A stretch of 64,000 bases of DNA from Eledone cirrhosa. Lineage: Eukaryota. Below the pieces are notes generated by a model. The model did no database searches, was not told the DNA's origin, and saw nothing but the letters and a program-made list of their open reading frames with translations. The stretch's first letter is position 1, and every line of letters starts with the position of its first letter. A program made the translations under genes and the position numbers. Below, piece after piece: positions 21,197-32,796 of this stretch. The stretch lies in the NCBI GenBank assembly GCA_964016885.1, contig OZ024744.1:114762001-114826000 (forward strand). The letters run 5' to 3'.

Positions 21197-21757
21197 ATAA
21201 AATATTAAACAAATAATGAATAAAACAATGAAACAGTTCCTTATATTAAACAAAAAAAGTTCATTATTTAACGATCGTTTCTAGGATATATATGTGTTAG
21301 AATTGGCATGCATATTCAACAGATCTATGTACAAAATTATACAAAATTATACAAACTATCAAGATTAAATATACATACCAACACATATATACGCCGTCTT
21401 CTGAAATAATTTATTTCTGAAGACGGCGTATATATGTGTTGGTATGTATATTTAATCTTGATAGTTTGTATAATTTTGTATAATTTTGTACATAGATCTG
21501 TTGAATATGCATGCCAATTCTAACACATATATATCCTAGAAACGATCGTTAAATAATGAACTTTTTTTGTTTAATATAAGGAACTGTTTCATTGTTTTAT
21601 TCATTATTTGTTTAATATTTTATCTTGACTCTGTATACCGTTTATCTTTCACCGAAAGTGATTTTTCATTACATCTCTTCTTTCCATGATATCCGGAATA
21701 CATTGAGTTCTTCATACGGATTGGACACTACCGTAAACTCTTGGTAGATTTATCTAC
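21197..21757 (+). mobile_element. Family G fold-back element: 427-bp palindrome 21197-21623 plus tail, hammerhead 21411-21556
   Basis: Centre at 21410. Stem I ttattt/aaataa, CTGAAGA 21417-21423, ~115-nt stem II, GAAA 21539-21542, CGATCG loop. Confidence 0.72.
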
Positions 21758-21833
21758 ATATATATATATATATATATAGATAAAGATAGGTAAATATACA
21801 CGGGTGTGTATGATTGTGTATAGAAGATTATAT

Positions 21834-22233
21834 TAAGAGGAATTCCAACTTTGTCTGATTTACTCGTTTTATTTACAATCCTTTAAAATATATATAATGG
21901 TATTATAATGAAATAGTATGATAGAATATTAAATTCTAAGTGTTAATTGAACAAGTACTTTCATGCTTTCGCAATCTTCAGGTTCATGATATGTGGTGAC
22001 AGTCGAGTTTGCAATTTTCAACTGTCGAGTTTGCAATTTTCACAGTTGAAAATTGCAAACTCGACTGTCACCACATATCATGAACCTGAAGATTGCGAAA
22101 GCATGAAAGTACTTGTTCAATTAACACTTAGAATTTAATATTCTATCATACTATTTCATTATAATACCATTATATATATTTTAAAGGATTGTAAATAAAA
22201 CGAGTAAATCAGACAAAGTTGGAATTCCTCTTA
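21834..22233. mobile_element. Family H fold-back element (~400 bp)
   Basis: Perfect arms; the spacer is a duplicate of tcgagtttgcaattttca. Confidence 0.78.
22081..22119 (+). ncRNA. 39-nt minimal type I hammerhead ribozyme motif (mirror at 21948-21986 minus)
   Basis: tgaac CTGAAGA tTGC-GAAA-GCAt GAAA GTAC TT gttca. Confidence 0.75.
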
Positions 22234-22235
22234 TT

Positions 22236-22266
<31 letters not shown>

Positions 22267-22320
22267 AAGTTATATTTAAATTGTTGGGATACAATAAGCA
22301 AATATTTTTATAACTGATAT

Positions 22321-22440
22321 TCTGAGTTCAAATCCCGCCGAGGTTAACTTTGCCTTTCATCCTTATGGGGTCGATAAAATAAAGTAAGAGTAATACACTG
22401 ATTAATTGCTGGCCTTGTGCCAAAAGTAGAAACAATTATT
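22321..22440 (+). mobile_element. Second-family SINE, 5'-truncated
   Basis: Matches about 19718-19836. Confidence 0.78.
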
Positions 22441-22715
22441 TCTCTTTCTCTTTCTTTTTTCTCTTTCTCTTTCTTTTGTTTTCTTCTTTTCCTCTTACAG
22501 TTTGCTCTTTCTTTTCTCTTTTTCTTTCTCTTTTCCTTTTTTCTTTTTCCATACAACAGCCTATTTTAAATCTACTGTGATTTAAACATATCCGACACTA
22601 ATTTGCATAATAGACTAAATAAATTTAATAACCCCACTATCCGGGAGCTTCCAACAGAAATGGTCGCATTCTTTAAGGGTTTGTCAATATTTATTTATAA
22701 AACTGATCTATATTA

Positions 22716-22780
22716 TATTTTATCTGATGAAAGCGCACCATAATTTGACTTGGTGTCCTTGAAATATGTATAATGAAATA
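22716..22780 (+). ncRNA. Family A hammerhead motif (single arm)
   Basis: tattttat CTGATGA AAGCGCACCA...TGGTGTCCTT GAAA TATGTA TA atgaaata. Confidence 0.72.
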
Positions 22781-22960
22781 AATATGGTTTTATAAATATA
22801 GTTTCCATTTGTTAATATATCGTATATATATATATATATATATGTTATATATATATTATGGAATACTGTTGGCTTCTTGCTACAATAATTTCTATACTTT
22901 TCATTTATATATATTATATATATATAACTATGTACACGTACATACTTATATATATATATA

Positions 22961-23228
22961 CTCGAGCCTCTGCCCTTCTAAAATCCCGGAGGGCTCAATT
23001 TGCTGGCCACTGTCACCGTGCCAGCAATGAAATCATATCCGCTCTCTTGCTCTGGAACCCTGACTCCAGCCTGACTAGGAGTAGGAAGCTGTCATTCCCT
23101 GACGTTATCTCTAGGGATACGGGAATCAGTAGACAGGACCTGGGGGCAGCGATGGGGGACAGGGAATTCTGGGGCATGAGAGTTAGATCCACCATCTCGA
23201 CAGTAGTCGACGAGTGATGATGATGATG
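22961..23228 (+). mobile_element. RTE-like LINE 3' end fragment
   Basis: AQFAGHCHR...LLLWNP...KLSFPDVISRDTG...DREFW, ending in (TGA)n. Confidence 0.75.
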
Positions 23229-23806
23229 ACATATATGTATACAGACGTACAGTAGTATGTATATAGATATACATACATGCACACATATATATATGTACGT
23301 ATGGATTCACCGAACATTTATTATAATGCTCGGTGTGTTTGTAAACAAACATCCCGTATTAAGCCGTAGTGTCTAGCAACCATCGTTGCTCGTTTGTTCA
23401 ACACTGACAAAGGAACGCTGTACTAGTTTCAAGCTTATTAGCTATCGTCAGCAACGAATACCTTCCTGCCAGATTGTTGAATGTATATACTTACCTTATG
23501 CATATTAACGGGTGAGTAGCCCAATTTGCATATCGAGTGGGTTAATTGGCCGGGTCACCGAAAACGATAAACGGAAAAAATGAAATGAAATTTCATTTTC
23601 CACTCTTAGTACGGCTGTTACTTAAATATAAGTATGTACACGTACATACATATATGTATACTATGTATACAGACATACAGTAGTATGTGTATATATATAC
23701 ATACTACTGTACGTCTGTATACATATATGTATGTACGTGTACATACTTATATTTAACTAACAGCCGTACTAAGAGTGAGAAATGAAATTTCGTTTCATTT
23801 TAATCC

Positions 23807-23840
<34 letters not shown>

Positions 23841-24098
23841 AATAGAATGAAACGGAATTTCATTTTTCACTCTTAGTACGGCAGTTACTTAAATGTAAGT
23901 ATGTATGTATGTATGTATGTATACGTACATACATATATGTATACAGACGTACAGTAGTATGTATATATATACATACATGCACACATATATATATGCACGT
24001 ATACGTGTATGTATACGTACATACATATATGTATACAGACGTACAGTAGTATGTATATATATACATACTACTGTTCGTCTGTATACATATATGTACAC
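23229..24098 (-). mobile_element. Family L (retrozyme-like) diverged copy with hammerhead 23414-23456 minus and hairpin 23566-23812
   Basis: Homologous to 48170-49850; minus strand reads cgttg CTGACGA tAGCT-AATA-AGCTt GAAA CTAG TA cagcg. Confidence 0.72.
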
Positions 24099-24132
24099 AT
24101 TTATATATATATATATATATAATATATATATA

Positions 24133-27032
24133 TGTGACGCAAATAACCTAACCATCTGTAACTCTAACTTCAAAAAACGTGACAATCACCTGATCACCTA
24201 TAGATCCGGGGAACACACAAGCCAGGTAGATTATATCCTTACCAGAAGACGCGACAGAGTGTCTGTTGTAAACACTAAATCCCTCCCCCATGAAGAATGC
24301 ACCCCCCAACATAGACTGATAATTAGCAACCTCATAGTCAGGACGAGACGTACCCGACAGCAGAAGAGGACTATCCTCAGGAGAAAAATATGGAAGCTAA
24401 AGGACCCCACAGCCAGAAATAAATTCCAAAGCATATTACTTGATGCTTTCGACAGTAAGGAAGAACATTTAGAGTCGGACAATATAGAGGGACAGTGGGA
24501 ATTCCTGAAGGCAAACCTGCTGATGGCGGCAGACGAAGTCTGTGGCAGGAGCAGGCCTGTAGGCAGGAGGAGAGTAACATGGTGGTGGAACAGTAAGGTG
24601 GAGGGGTCAATTAAGGCGAAAAAGCAGGCTTGGAAAGAATGGCGGGATGGGGGAAGTAGAGAAGACTATCAAGTGGCCAGGAGGGAAGCTAGGAGACAAG
24701 TGTACTTCGCAAGAAGGGAAGCAGAGGAAAGAAAGTTCAAGCATGTTCTACAACACGAGGACCAAAAACGTGAGGTGTTCAGGATTGCTAGGCAATGTGT
24801 CAAGGAAAACCGTGATATTGTCGGGGAGAAGTGTGTACTTAACGATGATGGCATACTTGCCATCACCGACGCTGATAAGAAGGTAGCTTGGAAGTATCAC
24901 TATGAAAGGCTACTAAATGAGGAGAATAAATGGGAGAAAGACAGTCTCCCCCATATCGACCCAATAGAGGGACCAGCAGTGTTAGTCGAGGGTAGTATAA
25001 TAAGTAAGGCAATCAAGGATATGAAGACGGGTAAGGCGGCTGGGCCTTCGGAAATAGTTGCTGAGATGCTGAAGGCCTCTGGAACGGTGGGACACACCAT
25101 GGTCACCCGCATAGTTAACCAAGTCGTACAGAATGGGGTTGTTCCGAAGGACTGGCGTAGCAGCATCATCGTTAACTGTTATAAGGGTAAAGGAGATGCC
25201 CTAGATAGGAGTAACTATAGAGGCATTAAATTAATCGACCAGGTCATGAAGGTCACGGAAAAAGTAATAGCGCAACTAATCAGAGAGAGAATTGACCTAG
25301 ATGAAATGCAGTTCGGGTTTGTGTCAGGCAAAAGTACCACAGACGCTCTTTTCATTGTACGACAACTACAGGAGAAGTACCTAGCTAAAAGTAAACCCCT
25401 CTACTTAGCTTTTGTCGACTTGGAGAAAGCCTTCGACAGAGTCCCCCATTCCATTATCTGGTGGGCTCTTAGAAAACTAGGTGTCGACGAATGGCTTGTG
25501 AGAGCTATACAAGCCATGTATAAAGAAACAGTCAGCAAGGTTAGAATTAACAACGAATATAGTGAAGAGTTTAGCGTAAATGTTGGCGCCCATCAGGGCT
25601 CTGTTCTCAGCCACCTACTATTTATTATTGCCTTCAGGCTATAACAGAGGAGTTCAAGACCGGCTGCCCATGGGAACTCCTATACGCAGACGACCTAACA
25701 CTCATAGCTGAATCAATGGCCGAGCTAGAGAAGAAATTCCAAACATGGAAGCACGGCCTAGAATCAAAAGGCCTTAAAATTAACCTGGCTAAGACTAAAG
25801 TTCTAGTTTGTAGGAAAGAAAATAAGGCGCCGGTCCCTTCCGGGAAATGGCCATGCTCAGTGTGTAGGAAAGGCGTAGGTAGAAACTCCATTTTATGTCC
25901 CAAATGCAAAATATGGGTGCATAAAAGATGTAGTGGGATCACAGGTAAGCTAACTAAGAACACAGATTTTACATGTGGCCGGTGCTCTGGTGCAATAAGT
26001 AGCAGCAAGTGCCCACAAAATACTAGCTCTTTCAATTGCGCAGAGGGTTCTATAGAAATAGTGGACAGCTTCCGTTACCTGGGTGACAAAATCAGCAGTG
26101 GGGAGGGTGCTCTGAAAGTACAGTTGCTAGAGTCAGAACTGGATGGAAAAAGTTCAGAGAGCTTATACCACTATTAGCCGCTAAAGGGTTCTCCCTAAAA
26201 ATGAAAGGCAGGTTGTATGATGCCTGCATACGAACAGCAATGTTGCATGGCAGTGAGACCTGGGCATTGTGTGCAGAGGATATACGCAGACTAGAGAGGA
26301 ACGAAGCTTGCATGCTCTGCTGGATGTGTAATAGTAATATACATGAACGGCAAAGCATAAACGAACTAAGGAAAAAATTAGAAATAAGAGGGATCAGATG
26401 TTGTTTACTCGAGAGAAGGCTACGTTGGTATGGACACGTGATGCGCATGAAAGTTGATAGCTGGATAACAAAGTGCAGGGCAATAAAGATAGACGGTAGC
26501 CACGGAATAGGCAGACCTAGAAAAACCTGGGACGAGCTGATAAACTCCGACCTCACACACTTACACCTCTCCAAGACAATGTCACTGGACCGAGACCTTT
26601 GGCGGTACTCAGTAATAGAGAAGACCCGCCTTACCTAAATACATAGTAAAACCTACTACAGTCAGTAGGCATCTCTAACAAAATACACTCCCGTCCCACC
26701 ACCCCCACCCCATCCACACCGCCCCCTTCTATGTAAAGTTGTGTTGGTGCCACACCATCCAGGCCGAAACAAATGAGATCGTGTAGGTGTCACGACAAAA
26801 AAACACACAGTCCACGCTGTAATGTGGCCGTGTAGGCAACACAGTAAAAACCTCCCAGCCCCACACTGTAAATGTGGTTGGTGTTAGGAAAGGCATCCAA
26901 CTGTAGAAAACCTGCCAGACAGTCTTATGCGAGCAAGACAATCACTCTTGCCTCAAGTGGGAAAACCCCCCCGTCCAAACCCATGCAAGCGTGGAACACG
27001 GACGTTAAACGTTGATGATGATGATGATGATG
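24133..27032 (+). mobile_element. 5'-truncated RTE-clade LINE: end of APE endonuclease, RT, inserted PHD finger; frameshifted
   Basis: SQVDYIL...PQHRL, NYRGIKL, FVDLEKAFDRV, HQGSVLS, YADD near 25681, MLHGSETW, RLRWYGHV, GRPRKTW; (TGA)n tail. Confidence 0.93.
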
Positions 27033-27056
27033 ATATATTATATATAATATATATTT

Positions 27057-27101
<45 letters not shown>

Positions 27102-28039
27102 TAACAGATTAAAGTTTAAGCAAAGAATCGCTGCTTTCACCCTTAACGGGATCTTCTGAAACTAACAAAGTCAATCTGTGAACATAGAAGTGAATATTTC
27201 AAAAAACGCTGCAACCGGTGGAAGACAAGAAGATGATACTTTGGTTCGTGGAAACGTTCCCTGGCAAAGAACGGGAAAAAACGAATATAATACGTCATTA
27301 ATAGGAGCGGTGAAAAACAATTACACGCAAAGACAGAACCACGTTTATGGTATAAAAGAAGTCGTAGACTAATGTTCTCTTAGGTGGTTCATAGAGATTC
27401 TCTGGCAATGAACGGAAAAAACGAAGATAATACACATCATATGTGGAGCGGTGAGAACAATTGCACGCAAAGACAAAACCACGTAAATGGTATAACTGAA
27501 GTCGTAGACTAAAATTCTAACTAGGAGACCAAATGATTCTCGGCTTCAGAGTTAAGAGTAAAGAATAAAGTAATTAAAATTAAATAAATACATACACGCA
27601 TCCATATACGTACATACACAAGCATACGCGAAAATACTCGCCATAGGTATACAAATACACGCACGTACACAGAAAAAAAAAAAATGCACACACATACAGA
27701 ACCTACGCAACGCCTGTACCCGCACGCATACGAATGTATACACCATATACACATAAAAATATATATATGTGTGTGTGTGCGTGTATACATATAATTAAAT
27801 AAACATATATAAATAAATAAATATATATATAACAAGCGCACACACATACCTATATGTAAATACGCAAAACTCACATACACATAACCAAAAGCATATGTAT
27901 CAGAATATATAATATATACGCCATAACATATACAATCAAATATACATACGAGAAGGTATACGTACCTTCACAAAACATACAGGTAATATATACCTACCTA
28001 TACAAATAAGTAATGGTATAAACATAACAAATATTTAGC

Positions 28040-28900
28040 TCTCCTTAGAACTATCAATTTCGCTAAAACACTCACAGTGGTTAAGGATTTCCAAGTTGAT
28101 GTCATCCTCAATGCCCGTTAGTCGGTGATTAATTTCGACGACTCTATTTGGATTAAAAAATCTAATAGTACCCCATTCGACGTGAGTATGGGTGCTAGCG
28201 ATTCTGCGGAGGTTACTGATCTTATCGGCCTTTTCCTTCTTTTCTCTATCAAGGAAGAATTTCCCAACGTGGGCGGTGGTTTGTACCGTGATGGTCTTTT
28301 GACCATGACTAAGTGCGGCCCACGTGCTTGTGACAGGTTCAGAAAAGAACTCTCAGCCTTCTTTAAAGGCTTCAACCTCTCTATACAGATTGAGGCCAAC
28401 CTCTCGGTCGTTAATTACCTTGATGTTACCCTCAATTTATCGAATGGCTCGCATTACCCGTATTGAAAGCCGAATGATACGCTTAATTACATAAGTAAGC
28501 ATTCTAACCATCCTGCCAGCATAACCAAGAACCTGGTAAGAAACGTTTCATTGAGGCTTTCCCGTCTATCTACTAACGAGCATATTTTCAACGACCATTC
28601 CACTTATTACAATGAAGCTTTTGCTCAGAGTGGATTTGTCGATAAGGTAGCATATACAGAGTACGAGAATAGACCTAGAAGAAATAGATCCCGATGCATT
28701 ATATGGTATAACCCAGCATAAAATATGGAGGTGGCCACACCATTAGCTAAGATCTTTCTCTCCCTTATTATGAAGCATTTTCCCCCCTACACATAAATAT
28801 AGTAAAATTTTTAATAGAAATACTATTAAAATTTCTTACTCTATGACTCCTAACCTTGCACATAACATCACAGCTTCAAATTTAGCTAAACTACCTAGAT
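28040..28900 (+). pseudogene. Penelope-like element reverse transcriptase fragment, decayed
   Basis: FDVSMGASDSAEVTDLIG, GLYRD-GL, VNYLDVTLNL, KPND...YISKHSNHP, IIWYNP, KHFP, KIFNRNTIKISYS; contains stops and a frameshift. Confidence 0.85.
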
Positions 28901-28931
28901 ATTATATATATATATATTATCTTGGGCGCTA

Positions 28932-29349
28932 CACAGTAATAGAGAAGACCCGCCTTACCTAAATACAAAGTAAAACCTACTACAGTCAGTAGGCACCTCT
29001 AACAAAATACACCCCCCGTCCCACTACCCCCACCCCATCCACACCACCCCTTTCAATGTAAAGTTATGTTGGTACCACAACATCCAGGCCGAAACAAATG
29101 AGGTCGTGTAGGTGTCACGACAAAAAAACACACAGTCCACGCTGGAATGTGGCCGTGTAGGTAACACGGTAAAAATCTCCCAGTTCCACACTGTAAATGT
29201 GGTTGGTGTTAGGAAGGGCATCCAGCCATAGAAAACCCGCCAGACAGTCCTATGCGAGCAAGACAATCACTCTTGCCTCAAGTGGGAAAACTCCCATCCA
29301 AACACATGCAAGCATGGAATATGGACGTTAAACGATCATGATGATGATG

Positions 29350-29350
<1 letters not shown>
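28932..29350 (+). mobile_element. RTE 3' UTR fragment, same family as 26610-27032
   Basis: Near identity to that segment; (TGA)n end. Confidence 0.88.
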
Positions 29351-29394
<44 letters not shown>

Positions 29395-29401
29395 TTATAT
29401 A

Positions 29402-29480
<79 letters not shown>

Positions 29481-29502
29481 ATATATATTATATTTTTTTT
29501 CT

Positions 29503-30690
29503 AGGGCGGGTAACATTCCCGACATCCATGGACGAGTTCTGTCCAGCGGTCTCTGTCCCTCATTATCGCTGCCATGTCCTGCGTCTCCAACAGACCAGTG
29601 TCTGTCCTTAGGGCATCAACATACGTTAACCTTGGTCTTCCTCTTCCATTGTGTCTTGTGTCCATGTAGGGGCTCCCACAGGAGCACTGAGTGCAATGTC
29701 AACCCTGGATGTCGGTGAGCATGTTCAGCTCTGTGTCACTTTTGAGCTGACTTTTGGGAGGCTCCCATTCAGCTCTGAATTTTTCATCCTCAGTATATAC
29801 TGATTAATGTTCAGAGCCATCCACAGCATTCGCCTGTAACACCCATCCACCATCTGAGTGAGTTTCTTGGTCAGTGTCCAAGTCTCAGATCCGTACAGCA
29901 GCACAGACTCCACTACAGCAATGAAGAGGCGGATTTTCATTTAATGTCCTGGGTATGACATTAAATTACATCCAGTGGCAAGGCTCCAGTTCGGGAGTTC
30001 AAGAGCTGTGGGGAATGTGGAGTTACCCCTTAGTTGTCATAACTCCCAGGTCTGCTCTGGCCCGGAGTAGTAGTACCTGTTAGGGCCCCATTTATGGGTT
30101 AAATAACTACCTTATTCGAGTGGTGCCGGTAAGGTATTGTCAGCCATTGAAAAGAAATATGGAGAGTCAATCTAACAGCACTAGGGTTAGAGCCCCTAAT
30201 TACACTGTCAAGGAGCAGTCTGGTCATTATGACTCTGCTGGCTTAGAGCCACAGGGAGGGCCAGTGGATGATGGATCAGCTGTCTCTGAGACAAATATAA
30301 AGAATGCAGTTTTGTCCTGCAGAAGAGCCATCAAAATGGGCACTTTGAATGTGAGGACTATTCGGACGCTGGAGAAGAGAGAGGAGTTGGGACATCTGTT
30401 TGAGGAGAGTGGTATACAGATACTTGCGATCCAAGAACACAGGATCCTACACGATGAGCTCGTGAGGAGTGTGATGATTGGGAAGAGGAGCCAGCTCATC
30501 ACCACATCGGCAGTGAGGAACATGACCAATGCTGCAGTGGGAGGAGTGGGTTTTGTGTTCAGTGCAGGAACCAATCTATTGGTGAGGGAAATAATGCCTA
30601 TCTCCCCGCAAGTGTTGAGGGTGACCTTCAATGGAAAACCAAGACTGACAGTCATCTCAACCTATAGTCCAACCGAGGGACTTTTTAGGG
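29503..30690. mobile_element. Rearranged RTE LINE: 3' part on minus strand (29503-29940) joined to 5' UTR plus APE endonuclease on plus strand (29941-30690)
   Basis: KIRLFIAVVESVLLYGSETWTL on minus; MGTLNVRT...ILAIQEHR...GGVGF...ISTYSPT on plus. Confidence 0.82.
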
Positions 30691-30718
30691 GTCAGACCGA
30701 TTTCCTTGAAATTGTAAC

Positions 30719-31052
30719 AATGTAAAGTTATGTTGGTACCACAACATCCAGTCCGAAATAAATGAGGTCGTGTAGGTGTCACGAAAAAAAAAAACACGCT
30801 GTAATCTGGCCGTGTAGGTAACACGGTAAAAACCTCCCAGTCCACACTGTAAACGTGGTTGGTGTTGGGAAGGGCATCCAGCTGTAGAAAACCTGCCAGA
30901 CAGTCCTATACGAGCAAGACAACCAATCTTGCCTCAAGTGGGAAACTCCCGTCCAAACCCATGCAAGCATGGAACCAATCTTGCCTAAAGTGGGAAAACT
31001 CCCGTCCAAACCCATGCAAGCGTTAAACAATGATGATGATGATGATGATGAT
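30719..31052 (+). mobile_element. RTE 3' UTR fragment with a local duplication
   Basis: Matches 26730-27032; caatcttgcct...cccatgcaagc appears twice. Confidence 0.85.
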
Positions 31053-31059
31053 GTATTAG

Positions 31060-31445
31060 TCAGTCTCTTCTTCATACCGTGAGCAAAGAAAATCCAACTT
31101 TTTTATGGCCTAGGGCCCGCATTAAGTGAAAAACTTCATTTTTTCAGCTTTTTAGGGCTTTTTTGAGGCATTACGTCTAGCCGATCTTCCTGAAATTGCA
31201 AGGCAAATTATGCACATAAAAAAAATTCATTTTCTTGATCCCCAAGGGCCCGCATTAGGTGAAAACATGCATTTTTCCTGCTCCATCAAGGACAATCTTA
31301 AAGATTATCCAGCCATCAGAGTATTCGATTTATTTTCTTTACATATTGTCCAGGCATGCAGTTTTTCCACGTTTAGGTCTGTTGGTGGCCCGCGTTCCAA
31401 AATATCTTATCCTGTGCAACGCCGGGTACCACTGCTGGTTCTTAT
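31060..31445 (-). mobile_element. Helentron/HINE-like non-autonomous element
   Basis: Minus-strand end accagcagtggtacccggcgttgc resembles the end at 63315; internal repeat agggcccgcatta(a/g)gtgaaaa twice. Confidence 0.45.
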
Positions 31446-31729
31446 ATATATAGTTAGAAATTATGAATTAGTCAGTGTATTAGGTATCTATGCTGCATCG
31501 ATGTCCTTAAGTTTTGCTTGAGGCTTTCTTATTCTCAGATGGTGGCCTGACGGTGCTGGTAGTTGGTAGTGTGCACCTACAGAAGTGTGAGCCTGGCATG
31601 ATGAGTTGTACCAGTTGGAACACTGATATTCACCACAAAGCCAGCAGCAGGCTGATACTATTACGTCATTGTCTCTGACCTGTTGAGCTGCTAAACTGAA
31701 GTAGACTATTTCTTTCGACTGAATTATTC

Positions 31730-32760
31730 CTACAGGTGTCATCTCTTGTATCTCAGCAGTCTGCCATTGTTTCTGACAATATAGCTATGTGGTTCCGTGT
31801 AATTGTCTATGACCTGCTGGGAACTATTTGTTATTTCTTGAAAGAAAGACACTTTACTGTCTTTAAAGGTTTTTCTATTTCTGTTGTAGTACTGCTGTTG
31901 TTTCTTACTTTTGACATTCACTGTTTCTCAAATTACATTGTCTTTTGGGTGTCAGTGTTCAACATAATTGGAATTCTTGTTCTTATTTCTCTAAGATCTC
32001 TGCTGGTGATGGTAAGTGACTGTCCAGTGGGGCTGCTCATAGCCACAGAAGAGCCATTTCTCTGTCCATATTTGACTCTTTTGCTGTTTTCATTGTCTCG
32101 ATCATTTGTTTTATGAAACCATTCAATTTTGGGTATCTTGGGCTGGATATGATGTGGGTGAATTCCCGTTCTGTGGCTAAATGGTGGAACTCATTTGACA
32201 CTAAATATGTGGAATTGTCTGTATACAGGTGTTCTGGAATGTCATAAATGGTGAAGATTGCTTTGAAATACTCAATACAGCTTGAATTAGTGATGCTCGT
32301 TGTGGTCTCAACAGAAGACATTTTGCTGCATTGATCAACAAGTAAGAATCGTTGACCTTTGAAGTCAAAGATTTCATCTGCAACATTTTGGAATGGTCTA
32401 GTTGGGTGTTCTTTGATTATTATTGTCTCGTTGGTATTTTTTTTATTTTTGGTATTGTTCATTGCATATTTCATGTTACCTTACTAGCTTTCTAATGTCT
32501 TTGTTTCTCCAATAAACACTATTCCTTGCTTTGAGCTGGCATTTTCCAATTCCTTGAAGTGCATCATAAATTCTTTAAAGAACATTGTTTGCATATTATT
32601 TGGTTTGACCGTACATTCACTTTTAGTCTTGTACTGATAAGCATTCTTTCAATGATCAGTAGTTTATTATAACTTAGGGTACATCTTTCACAGTCTCTGG
32701 CCATCAAATTATTACCATTTGATTTAATATTTTAATACATCTTCTGTAGCTTCTTGTAAC
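31730..32760 (-). pseudogene. Decayed Ty3/Gypsy LTR-retrotransposon integrase remnant
   Basis: PTRPFQNVADEIFDFKG.RFLLVD, IF..YDIPEHLYTDN, HIISSPRYPKLNGF, PHSYIV..NG. Confidence 0.8.
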
Positions 32761-32796
32761 TCTATTTATCCTCTCTACTGCTATATCAACAGTATT

